From contig OZ024743.1 in assembly GCA_964016885.1 (NCBI GenBank), forward strand, positions 61,008,001 through 61,072,000: a stretch of 64,000 nt of DNA. The letters are read 5' to 3'. Below are positions 53,403-64,000 of this stretch, in pieces. Positions within the stretch are counted from its first letter, which is position 1; the number at the start of each line of letters is the position of its first letter. This DNA comes from Eledone cirrhosa (taxonomy: Eukaryota). A program made the translations under genes and the position numbers. Below the pieces are notes generated by a model. That model was not told where the DNA came from. It saw only the letters and a list, made by a program, of their open reading frames with translations, and did not search any database.

Positions 53403-53584
53403 CATATATATATATATATATATATCAGCTGTAGAAATGAGTTGGGAAGCCAAGATGTATCGGCCTAGGACAATATCGGTGGCGCGGAGGAAAGTGACTG
53501 GTATGCATAGGGGACAGGTGGTCTCCCAGAACCTTGCCCAGACTTGTGCCTCGGAGAGGAACTATCTTTATCCCTTTACCCCTG

Positions 53585-53721
<137 letters not shown>

Positions 53722-53805
53722 AGTGAACAGAAAACAGCACAACATAGGTTACAGTATAATAAAGGTATACATTCGTTTAGCACTTAATATAATAGGAAAA
53801 TGTTT

Positions 53806-53836
53806 TAACATTTCGGATGCTACTCCTTCATCAGAT
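53806..53836 (-). ncRNA. Minimal hammerhead core
   Basis: CTGATGA-A-GGA gtagca TCC-GAAA-TG-TTA; stem I poor. Confidence 0.5.
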
Positions 53837-55160
53837 GATAAAATAAGAAATATGAGAAGAAATATAAAGATATAGGAGAGTGAGAAACATTTTTTCTGAG
53901 AAAAAGCACGTGTATTATCACTCAGCAAATGTGTGTTTTTCCTTGTCAGTGTAGGATATATAACATTCTTAGAACTAGTTTTGAGGAACGATGACAGGAA
54001 TATATTAAAATATCATTCTAATTATATTACAAATACTATTTTATTAACTAAGGAAATATAAATCTGACGTGTGTTTTTTTATTATTTATTCCCATGACAC
54101 TAGGGAGAAGGTGGGAGAGCGCTAAGATGTTAATCTCAAATCGGAGATCTGGACAGAATACTTGCAGAATAGGTTGCTACAGATAATGCGTTGTGCCTTT
54201 TCCAACTCTCTAACCATTCCGGCAATAGAAAACCTTGGTCAAGTATTACATTTTATTAATACTGTAAGTATGAACTTCAAATAAATAACCGTAGTGTTAT
54301 TTGAAATCCAAATGCAAAGAACGGTAATAAATATCACAATGCACTTTATTCTACGTTGTAAAAGCTCTGATAAATTCGTCAACATTACTAAACTAAAAGA
54401 AAATCACTGACATTTGAAGAAGTATTATGTTTGAAGTGAATGATTTCGAACATAGGCAAAATTCTTCTGATTACAGGAGAGTACACTGGAAGTTGTAACA
54501 TTTACACTTTCAATAAGATTGGGGTGCACAGTAATGGCTATACAATATTTGTTCCGGATTGATCTTACACAAGATCAATGTAATCAAATACTTAAAGTAA
54601 TCATTGCTTCAGATGCTCGAATCTTCTCAGTCACTTTTTTAAAAATATAAATCAACCATCGGTTCTTGTTTTGAGTGTAGGTGTATTTATATCAGCTGAG
54701 AAACCATTGAAAAACCATGAAAAGAAGCTATTGGTTTTGATTGAGGTCTTTTCAAAATTGTGGCTTCATTCACTGTGCCATACAACCTTGAATGTTTTAT
54801 AATATTCGTCATAGTTTATCCGAAGAGAACATATTCTATGTGTTAGTTATTGCTAAGAGCACAATCAATTAAATATTATTTACAGAAAGCCAGAGAAAGT
54901 CACATCTAGATTAGCAAGATGCCAAAGTATAATACGTAATCAATAAAGTTCGATTAAACCAGGGTTTAATTTTTAGAATAGGAAAACCTGACTGGAAAGA
55001 ATTATAAATCACCAGAATAGTCCTGTAGATAAATGGCATGAGATAATGGTGCTTGTTTTATCGCCAAAATTTTAACTGCAAAGAATTAATGATTAACAGT
55101 CATTTATACATACATATATACATACATACATGCATACATACATTCATACATACATACATT

Positions 55161-55213
<53 letters not shown>

Positions 55214-55506
55214 AGGGAGTGTAACTAGGAGTTACTGTAGGTTCACCCGGGAGAGCACTCGATGTTCAGGTTCACTTCTGTGTCGAGGTGTAGAGCCTGA
55301 CAGAGTGTATTATAGTAAAATAAAACAAGGACGATTGGTTACTCCTTCATTACGTTTATTGGTTGGTGACGCGCGTTTTGCCACTGATCAGCTCAAGGTT
55401 CGATCTGTATCGATCTAGCCGGACTCTATAATCCGCGGCTCTTCAGACCCCTTACAATGGTATACATTTGGTTACCACTTAATATATATATATATATATA
55501 TATACA

Positions 55507-55559
<53 letters not shown>

Positions 55560-55976
55560 TAAACGGAATAGAAAATGCTGACAAATTGTTCACAGTTGAA
55601 AAATGGTTTAATTAGGAATAAAAGAGTATTAGTGATTGTATGGGTTAGTATTCAGTTGTGGTTTTAAGTTTTTAAGTTTTTACCGGTTGCGCATTTCTAA
55701 ATGCTTTTCAAAAATAATTTTGAAAAAGAGTGTCTGTGCTGTTTGCTCTATACATATATATATATATATATACAGTATATATATATATATGTGTTTGTGT
55801 GTGTGTGTGTTTATACATATAAGTTATGTAGGTTCCAGAGTGGTGTCTGTCGGTTAAAAAGGTACTCAATACGTTAGTAGCATATAGGCAACTTTATTAT
55901 ATATAGAAATGACTTCAGTAGGTCTAGAACTAATTCATTCATATGAAGTCATGAGTAATGTCAGCTAAAGTTGGTA

Positions 55977-56052
55977 TATTTATGGTTGTCCCAACAAAAC
56001 GTATACAAACTTTGATTGAAGTGTGTATACATTTTTAGGGGAAACACTGTGT
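55977..56052. mobile_element. Tiny Tc1/mariner-like MITE remnant; related single TIR at 57445-57478
   Basis: GTTGTCCCAACAAAACGTATAC...GTATACATTTTTAGGGGAAACACTG; TTTTTGGGACACCTTGTA. Confidence 0.45.
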
Positions 56053-56389
56053 ATATATATATATATAGTCAGAGAGGGGAGGGGGCGGAGAGAAAGATTC
56101 GTTATTTTTTGTTAACGAACGAGGAAGCTGGTAGCCAATAAATGTTGTAATCTATAGTGTATTAGTTAAACTGGATATTTTTCTGTCTCTATTTTAGGTC
56201 TATACCACTGCTATCTTCAGAGCCAGAGATGAAGAATTCACTGGTGTGTAACGCAACTATCGGCATATATACGTATATATAACACTGAATATAACATCTT
56301 CGAATCGATTCAGTCCTCTATATCGTATTTTCTATTTTCCGTTTGTGTTCACCATAAACATGTTTCCTTACATAACTAATTCTGCAATT

Positions 56390-56465
56390 AACACCTTATG
56401 AAATCGCCCAAGTCTTGTATTATAATCGGATTATGAATCAGGGCCTTCGAAATATGTATAGTGTT
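56390..56465 (+). ncRNA. Hammerhead motif, G5 mutated
   Basis: AACAC-CTTATGA-AATC-GCCC...GGGC-CTTC-GAAA-TATGTA-TA-GTGTT. Confidence 0.55.
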
Positions 56466-56528
56466 TTCGCGGAAATAAAATTCTAAAGAAAGATTCTAGT
56501 CCTGCCTTCTGTTGTTTTAATGTATTTG

Positions 56529-56563
<35 letters not shown>

Positions 56564-56566
56564 GTG

Positions 56567-56643
<77 letters not shown>

Positions 56644-57228
56644 CTCACCCACACACACACACCCAAAAAAATTTTTTCTCCACACGCCACCCACACCCAC
56701 AACACGCTTAAACCCCCACACACACGTGCTTCCCCCCACATATTTACACCCTCAGCCTCCTGATTCCTCTCCCCCCACCCCCCTATCCACACACGCACAG
56801 ACACTCCGACCCACAAAAACACCCCCCACACACACCTCTTCCTGAACATGCAACCCCGTTCTTCCACCAACCCTCACTTTCACATACACACACACACACA
56901 CACACACACGCACACCTACACACACACACCACCTTCAGCCCTCCCCGCTCGGACACCCCGTCTTCCTCTCCCCACTCCACCCGCCACCACCCCTACTCAC
57001 CCCACACCCTTCCACCACCTGTTTACCCCCCTTTTAATTTCAGTTTATTTTGATCATGCCTTTATTTTTAAATTTTCTCATTCCTTGTATTTTGATCATG
57101 CTTTATTTTTATTTTTTTATATTTTTTATCTTTATTTGTTAATTTTTCATTCGCACCGTTTCCTTTCGCTATATGTCTCTCCACCACTCCCCTACACACC
57201 TTTTGAACTCTGTTCCCACACACTTCTC

Positions 57229-57260
57229 ACCTGAGGAAGGGCTTATGCCCGAAACGTCGT
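57229..57260 (+). ncRNA. Minimal hammerhead in a solo pLTR (about 56640-57345)
   Basis: AC-CTGAGGA-A-GGGC ttat GCCC-GAAA-CG-TC-GT, followed by AATAAA at about 57297. Confidence 0.8.
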
Positions 57261-57395
57261 CCCCCACCTACCCCCCACTCTCCTGAGCGTGAATTTAATA
57301 AACATTTATTGTACTGCCTCTCTGTTCTGTCCCTGTTCAAATTGTTCATTATATATATACATGTATATATGTGTGTGTATATATATATCTATTTA

Positions 57396-57447
<52 letters not shown>

Positions 57448-57475
57448 CATTTTTATATACATTTTTGGGACACCT

Positions 57476-57522
<47 letters not shown>

Positions 57523-57524
<2 letters not shown>

Positions 57525-57694
57525 AAATGTAATCTGAGTTTTTCGAATATTAATAATAATATTCGATTCGTTTGCAATTATGCAAACAAGCCTCATTTTA
57601 AAAGCAATGGCAGTAGAATGCAAACGAATTGCAAACGAATTGCAAACGAATCGAATATTATTATTAATATTCGAAAAACTCAGATTACATTTAT
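57523..57694. repeat. Fold-back with perfect 57-bp arms
   Basis: 57523-57579 is the reverse complement of 57638-57694; internal 11-bp TGCAAACGAAT x3. Confidence 0.9.
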
Positions 57695-58217
57695 TGTATT
57701 CAGCCATGTAGAGCGAAAAATTCTTTATATATATATATATAAAGAATTTTTACTGTTTCCCTTCTCGGTATCTCTCACCTTCATTTTACCCCCTCTGCCA
57801 GTCACACTCTCTCTCAGCTGGCCTCTTCCTCACACTTCCACTCACTCACTCTCTGCTTCTCCCCCTCTCTCACTTCCTCCCGTTTGGTCTGTGTGAAATC
57901 CTTTTATCGCTCACATCTCACCCATGTCGGATGGTCTGTATCTCTCGTCCATGATTTCACCAAGCTTAAGCTTACAGATATCATGTACTTGTCTCTTCCT
58001 ATCTTTCCGTTCCCATACCATCTTTGATTGTTTACATGTCTCGCTCGTTTCACCCTATTTTACTTGTCCCAATAACTTGATTTAGTTGTTGCTCGCACCA
58101 ACCAGAGGTATATGATTTTTAAAGCGATGAAATACCAATGAAGGTTGGAAGATCACTGATGAAGGACTAATTTTATTCATATGTAACACATGTGCAACCA
58201 GGCAGCACTCCATTTTT

Positions 58218-58278
<61 letters not shown>

Positions 58279-59064
58279 AAATTTACAAAAAAAGGACAAG
58301 ACAAGGAACGGAAACAAAACAGAACGAAAAATAAAATTGTAAAGGGGAAACCTTAAAAACACATTTTTTTAAAATAAAAATACAAACGAAGAACAGAACT
58401 CCACATTCATCGACCGTTTCGACAACTATCAACGGTACTGCTGGCCCATCCGGGATCACAGCGTTTGACATAAGCCAAATGATGTCCTGTAGAGTAAGAG
58501 ACGACAGGCAAGACGTTAATTTATAGCTGTTAAGCTATGAAGCACATAGAATTTTGTCTGATGTAAGGGAAAAGATCTGGTGCCTCTTATAGCACAAGAC
58601 ATAAATTAACAAATAAGAAAAAGGAAGAAAAAAGAAAGGAAGAAAAAAAAGCAAGAAGAAAGTAAGATATCATGTTAAAAAATGTAAGCCATTGCAATTT
58701 TCTTCTTTTTCAGCCTGCTCGTGAAATTAACGTATAAGTGGCTCGGCACTCTCCAGGTACGTGTACACATAACGTAATTTTCAGGGAGATTCAATGTGAC
58801 ACTGTGTGTGACAAGGCTGGACCTTTGTATTATGAGTCCAGTCTTCCACGCGACAGGGTTCCAAACAGTTCCCGGCTATCCAAGTTCACTCAGAAGTCAT
58901 GGGTCGACTCCAGACTACATGACATTCGCCCAAATAGCAACACAAAAAATGTCTAAAGTCTCTCAAACACAGAGGCTCAGCAGACTGGTGGTTATCGCGG
59001 ATTCTATGGCCTGAAGCGACTGGGAGTAGAAATATACACTCTGAACATGATGCTAGTCTATCCC

Positions 59065-59210
59065 CAGCTAGTGCTGGTACTCATATTTAGCTGAATATAC
59101 TGGAATAACGTGAAATGAAGTATTTTGCTCATACGATCAACATACAACTCAATCCAGGAATCGAACCTACGACATTGTGATCGTAAGTTCAACACCTTTA
59201 CCACACATCT
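59065..59210 (-). mobile_element. CORE-type tRNA-derived SINE
   Basis: GGAATCGAACC (B box reversed) and GTGAAATGAAGTATTTTGCTCA. Confidence 0.65.
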
Positions 59211-59599
59211 TCACTTAATATGCAACACATTTCGAATTCTGCATTTAATTAATGCGAAAGAAATCATTTGGTCATGCTCCCTCGACGAGAGGCAGTATGA
59301 ATGAGGATTTGCAACTGGCAGAGAGTATTGACAGTGGAGACCTAAGGAAACTTTGTTTCCATGGTCCGATCTGACGAATCGATTCCTTGGAAAGAATCTA
59401 AGCAGAACCAACTATAAAACTAAATATATCTTTCTGTGTATGGAGCTCAGTGTTGTTTTGTATGTTTGTGTTGTTGGTCTGTTTCTCGCCATAAGAACTG
59501 TTTTGATCTCAACGGAATCTTAACTATAGATTGCTTTCCAAGCAAGATGTTAAAAATTTGCATTTAGATATGTGAAATTATCATTATTTCTTGATGCTT

Positions 59600-60385
59600 T
59601 ATCTTACTGTTGTTGTTGCTGTTGTTCTTGTTGTTGCTTTTGCTATTGCTGTTTTTGTTGTTTTTTGCTCTTATGGCTGTTGTTGTTATTGTTGTTGCTA
59701 TATTTATTGCTGTTATTGTTGTTGTTGCTGCTGCCATTTCTACTGTTGTTGTTGTTGGTGTTGTTGTTATAGCTCTTGTAGTTGTTATTGTTGTAGTTGC
59801 CGCTGTTACTTTTGTGCTGCTATTGTTGTTTCCGTTGTGGGTGGTGACGGTGGATTTGGCGGTCGTTGTGGTGTAGTTTGTTGGGGGCCGGCTGCTGCTT
59901 CTGCTGCTGGTGACATTGAAGGTGATATTTCTGTTATAGTTCGTTTACTTTAACTAAATCTGCCTATATTATCACTATTGATGTTAATACTGTTAAAATT
60001 GCTTTTGATGTGGTTGCTGCTGCTGCTGCTGCTGCTGCTACTGCAATTGCTGCAGCTATTGATATTATTATCATGGTTGTTATTTTTTAGTAGTATTGGT
60101 GTAGTGAATATTGATGATAAGGAGAATGATGACGATGATGATGATGATGAGGATGATGATGATGGTGATGGTGATGGTGATGATGATGATGATGATAAGG
60201 ATTATGGTGGTGGTAAAGATGAATAAGAAGGGAAGGTAGTGCGAAAAATGGGGATGTGTTCTACTAATGACATGGTCATCATTATCGTCATTATTGTTAC
60301 TGTTGTTGCCGTTGTTCTTGCTGATGATATTGTTGTCGTTGGTGTTGCTGTTGATGCTGGTTCTGTGGTTGTTTTTGTCCTTAGA
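59600..60385. repeat. Degenerate trinucleotide low-complexity tract (TTG/CTG/GAT)
   Basis: Directly visible. Confidence 0.9.
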
Positions 60386-60844
60386 TTCTTCAGTTACAGA
60401 GAGTCGAGAAAGTTTAGCTATCTTATCTAACACTACAGTACACTATATCCACCACCACCCATAACACATCACTACACCACTGTACATATCGTACCATATA
60501 CAACACTATTATACGCCAAGAGACTACATATGTCCCTCAATATAAACAGTTAAATGATCTTCCTCACATTATTTATCCTAACAACACTGTTACGATACAT
60601 AAGATCTCTAAGTCTAGTCTACCTATACACAGCATTTCTCCTGTCTTATACAACAACACTGTCACTCTTCAATACCTCAGATTAAGTCTACCTAACCACA
60701 GCACATATGTTACTATACCTTAATATATTGGGTATCTGTCTCACTATACCACAGTGAAGTCTATCTTACCACACTATCTATTCTATTTTACCCAACAACA
60801 TAACTATATTTCAATATATTGGATATTTATCTCTCTATGACTTT

Positions 60845-61095
60845 CGGAAACATTGTTCACGCTCAGAGTTGCTGAAGCATGGAACAAACTACCTGCATCA
60901 ATTGTTAGCTGACGGGACACTGAATCCTTTAAAACCTCCATGCTTCCTGAAATTCGTCAACATACACCCGATATTCCCCCTCCATACACACACACACCTG
61001 TATTTCATGACTCATACACTCTTCACTTTCCTGACATTTGTTCTATATACTATACATGCACCTTTGATGAGTTGCAGTGCACCTGAGACATTGTG
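60845..61095 (+). mobile_element. CR1/L2-type LINE 3' fragment
   Basis: FTLRVAEAWNKLPASIVS*RDTESFKTSM resembles the F..RV...WN.LP..V......FK C-terminal motif. Confidence 0.7.
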
Positions 61096-61314
61096 ATATG
61101 TATGCTCATACTGATGGCCTGACTCGATGCTTGCACCAAAAAGGGTTCTCTTAAGAGCACCCAAAGTTCAGGTAGTGATATTAAACTGAAGGATACATTA
61201 AATCTATCACCCAAATTAACTAGGTCTCCCACCCTCTCTATAATTTCCTATACAATCGTCTATGTAAATACAGACACATGTGTCGGTAGTTGTACATTTA
61301 TAGGTAGTGAAGAT

Positions 61315-61425
61315 ACGTTACTTACTGGTTAGGGTATTCGGCTCACGATAGTGAGATTAGGAGTTCAATGCGTGACTGAAAGTTATGTTCTTGAGCAAGA
61401 CACTTTATTTCACATTGCTCAATTC
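61315..61425 (+). mobile_element. CORE-type tRNA-derived SINE
   Basis: GGTTAGGGTATTCGGCTCACGA...GAGTTCAAT...TGTTCTTGAGCAAGACACTTTATTTCAC. Confidence 0.65.
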
Positions 61426-62427
61426 CCCCCGACTTCCAACAAAACGAGAGCCACGTGAAGACTGCACGCTTTTGTGGAATGCTTCACCACTTTCAAGACT
61501 AGGCCGTCCCGTTGTTCTTACAACTAGATTACTCGTCGTCGAAACCGACGAAGGTCCAGCACATCAGCGCCCACGCGCACACACTCACATACACACTCAC
61601 AAACACACACACACTCAAACACAAAGACGCACGCGCGCACAGACACACACAAACACAAACACACACATATTTACAAGCATATATAAGTATTTATCACACT
61701 GTTTCACCCGCTCATTGCTTTTTCCTCCCTACTTCAGCCTCTCTAACTTCATCACTCTAAACTCTGCCTTTCTATAACATTCTTCCGAGGCAGGACTTCC
61801 CACCACCTGGCTTCCACTGTAGTTTTTTTTTTTTTTAGTATTATTTATACTTTATTTATTTATTCTTTATCTATTTATTTATTTATTTGATTATTTCCTT
61901 TTATTTTATTTATTTAATTATTGTTATTTTCTATACACGACAACAACCTTCTTATTTCTTATGTTCACATTTCCATGTACTTTGTTAAACAGATGCTATT
62001 TGTTTTCGATTATTCTCTAAGTATAAACAATTCTATCTTTCCATTAGGACTTATTATTATATAAGAAACTAGGTGGGTAGTATGTGTAACGGCAAGTAGT
62101 GGGTGTTGTGTGGAAAAAATTCATTTACCGTTATCGCGGTATTTACTTATTTCATGAATAACAATTTCAATACTTAGTAGTTAAAGGGGAATAACTTATA
62201 TTCAAGGGAAATAACTCTCTTGGTATTATAGATTGTATATACCGAACCGGAAAATAATTTTGTCAATCTAATTATGTTATGTTTGAAGTATTTCTTCGGT
62301 GTCAATATTTGATGCTTTTTAGCCCACGCTTAAACTCTAAGTGGACAACAGACCTATGATAAAAAGCGTCCCAGACATGGGCGTTCCGCTTTTGTGGAGA
62401 AAATAGTGTATCTAAGAGTAAAATATA

Positions 62428-64000
62428 CTAGCTGACGTACCCGGCTTCGCCCGAGTAAACAGATGATAAGAGAAGACAGGTAAAAGAGAAAATGACTGTC
62501 AGGCAGAAGATGAACCATCTCCTAGAGGTCACTATTCTAGATGGGAACACCTAGAATTGTTCATATACTATGCACAAACGGTACGACGAAGAATCTAGTA
62601 TATCTGGAAGATTTCTTTTACTGTTTTTGGTATCACACAGACACCACGGACTCGCCTCATACTGTAACCAGACAAACATCCAATACAGTCATTTTCTCAA
62701 AAGGATGATCGAAGTTCCAATCTTTTATATTATATGTAGATATAGATATAGATAATTAATATAAAAGATGTCCGTCAATGTAAAAAAGGTCCCTATTTAC
62801 TTTATACAAATGCCAAATTAATATGGATATGGATAACATGCTTATCTATAAGTGGTCAACTATAATAATAAAACAACAAATTATATGACACAAAAATTTA
62901 TTCAGTAATTTCCAGGCTCTTAGCTACTGAGTAATAGACAGTCAATATTGCCCAGAGTTCAACTCGAGGAGATGGCCTGATTTGAACTCCAATGGCGGAT
63001 CCTTCTACTTCGAAAATAGAATCGTTTTTCAATATTACTCTAGACCTGGCCGGTCATAGGCACCAAACTTTTTGCCAGATTCAGCATATGATGAGGTTTT
63101 ATTACCACCGCTATCAGAAGCGATAAATTTGAAGACAATTTCTACCAATACTTGTTGGTTTTTATTGCTCATTATCGACAATAAATGACATTGAAAAGAA
63201 ATGATAACTCTGTCAAAGCTCACAATACTGATCAAAGGACACCAATTTCTGACTCATTTACGTCGAATATTCATAGCAGTAAAGGCAATTTATACCAATA
63301 CTTGTTGGTATTTATTGCGCAACATAGCAGTGCAAGCAATTTTTACCAAAATTTGTTTGCTTTTATTGCTCATAACGACATTAAATGACATTGAATATAA
63401 ATGATAACTGTCAAAGCTCACAATATTGATCAAAGGACACCAATGTCCGAATCATTTAAGTCGCTTATTGATAGCATTAAAGATATGCTTACATTAGCTC
63501 AAAGCTTCATTATAGACAATATTCAGGGTTGTTCCTCTGTTAGTGGTATCAATTGCAAATTTTACACCATCAGGATGGCACACTCGAGATGCAGCAACAT
63601 ACAGTTGCCCATGGTTGAATGCTGGATCATTCAAGTAGACACCGACTCGCTTGAAAGTCTGTCCCTGTGCCTTGTTGACAGTCATGGAGAAGGCCAGATT
63701 GACGGGAAACTGTCTCCTTTGCCAAATGAATGGCAGCACATCTTCACTTGGTCTCAGCATGATCCTCGGAATGAGAACCGAGTCCTCTCTGCCTGGGAGC
63801 TTAGCTTCTAAATCTCTTCCGTTAATCAATCTCTCAACAATCAATCTGGTACCATTGCAAATACCCATTTTATAATTGATATTTCTAAGTAATATAATCG
63901 GCAAACCCTTTTTCAACCTCAAAATGTGTGTGTGTGGGGGGGGGGGGGGGGGGGGGGTCCGGTATTTGAAGTGAATTCACATACTCAGTCGGAACATTCA
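62428..64000 (-). mobile_element. Helitron 3' portion (continues beyond the window)
   Basis: Minus-strand end CTCGGGCGAAGCCGGGTACGTCAG-CTAG|T: hairpin, CTAG, then T. Lies downstream of a PIF1 helicase C-terminus; ~200-bp period duplication at 63183/63383. Confidence 0.85.
63494..63922 (-). CDS. Helitron RepHel, PIF1-like helicase C-terminus (partial)
   Basis: LKKGLPIILLRNI...CNGTRL...IPRI...RRQFPVNLAFSMTVNKAQGQT...FNHGQLYVAASRV...NIVYNEAL. Confidence 0.92.
   Translation of the reverse strand: MRLKKGLPIILLRNINYKMGICNGTRLIVERLINGRDLEAKLPGREDSVLIPRIMLRPSEDVLPFIWQRRQFPVNLAFSMTVNKAQGQTFKRVGVYLNDPAFNHGQLYVAASRVCHPDGVKFAIDTTNRGTTLNIVYNEALS

Noticed and set aside
59572-60464. Poly-Cys/Leu/Val/Asp proteins
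   Set aside because: Trinucleotide low-complexity DNA open in several frames.
63494-63922. Host PIF1 gene
   Set aside because: Ends in the Helitron-typical NIVY.E.L and is followed by a hairpin-CTAG terminus.

Overview
Eukaryotic, AT-rich, microsatellite-saturated DNA with no recognisable host gene. The SINE families suggest an octopus/cephalopod genome (inference). The window is a nest of retroelements inserted mostly into (TA)n/(TACA)n runs. (1) At least six Penelope-like element (PLE) insertions with coding sequence: three Naiad-type, one Neptune-type, one young copy with an uninterrupted RT + GIY-YIG frame, and one GIY-YIG-only remnant. Five of them have an inverted pseudo-LTR (pLTR) arm. 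(2) About 20 type I hammerhead ribozyme (HHR) motifs read by eye, including CCGANGA and compensatory U3:A8 core variants. (3) A 10.7-kb array of seven non-autonomous RTE-derived units. (4) CRE-like and CR1 LINE fragments, tRNA-derived SINEs and the 3' part of a Helitron with a PIF1 helicase. The most unusual feature is a 272-bp x ~10.2 tandem array (1627-4411). Each unit carries a 72-nt tRNA-like cloverleaf with A/B boxes and a T5 tract, clamped by an extra ~17-bp inverted repeat. All calls come from manual reading; no searches or folding programs were run.
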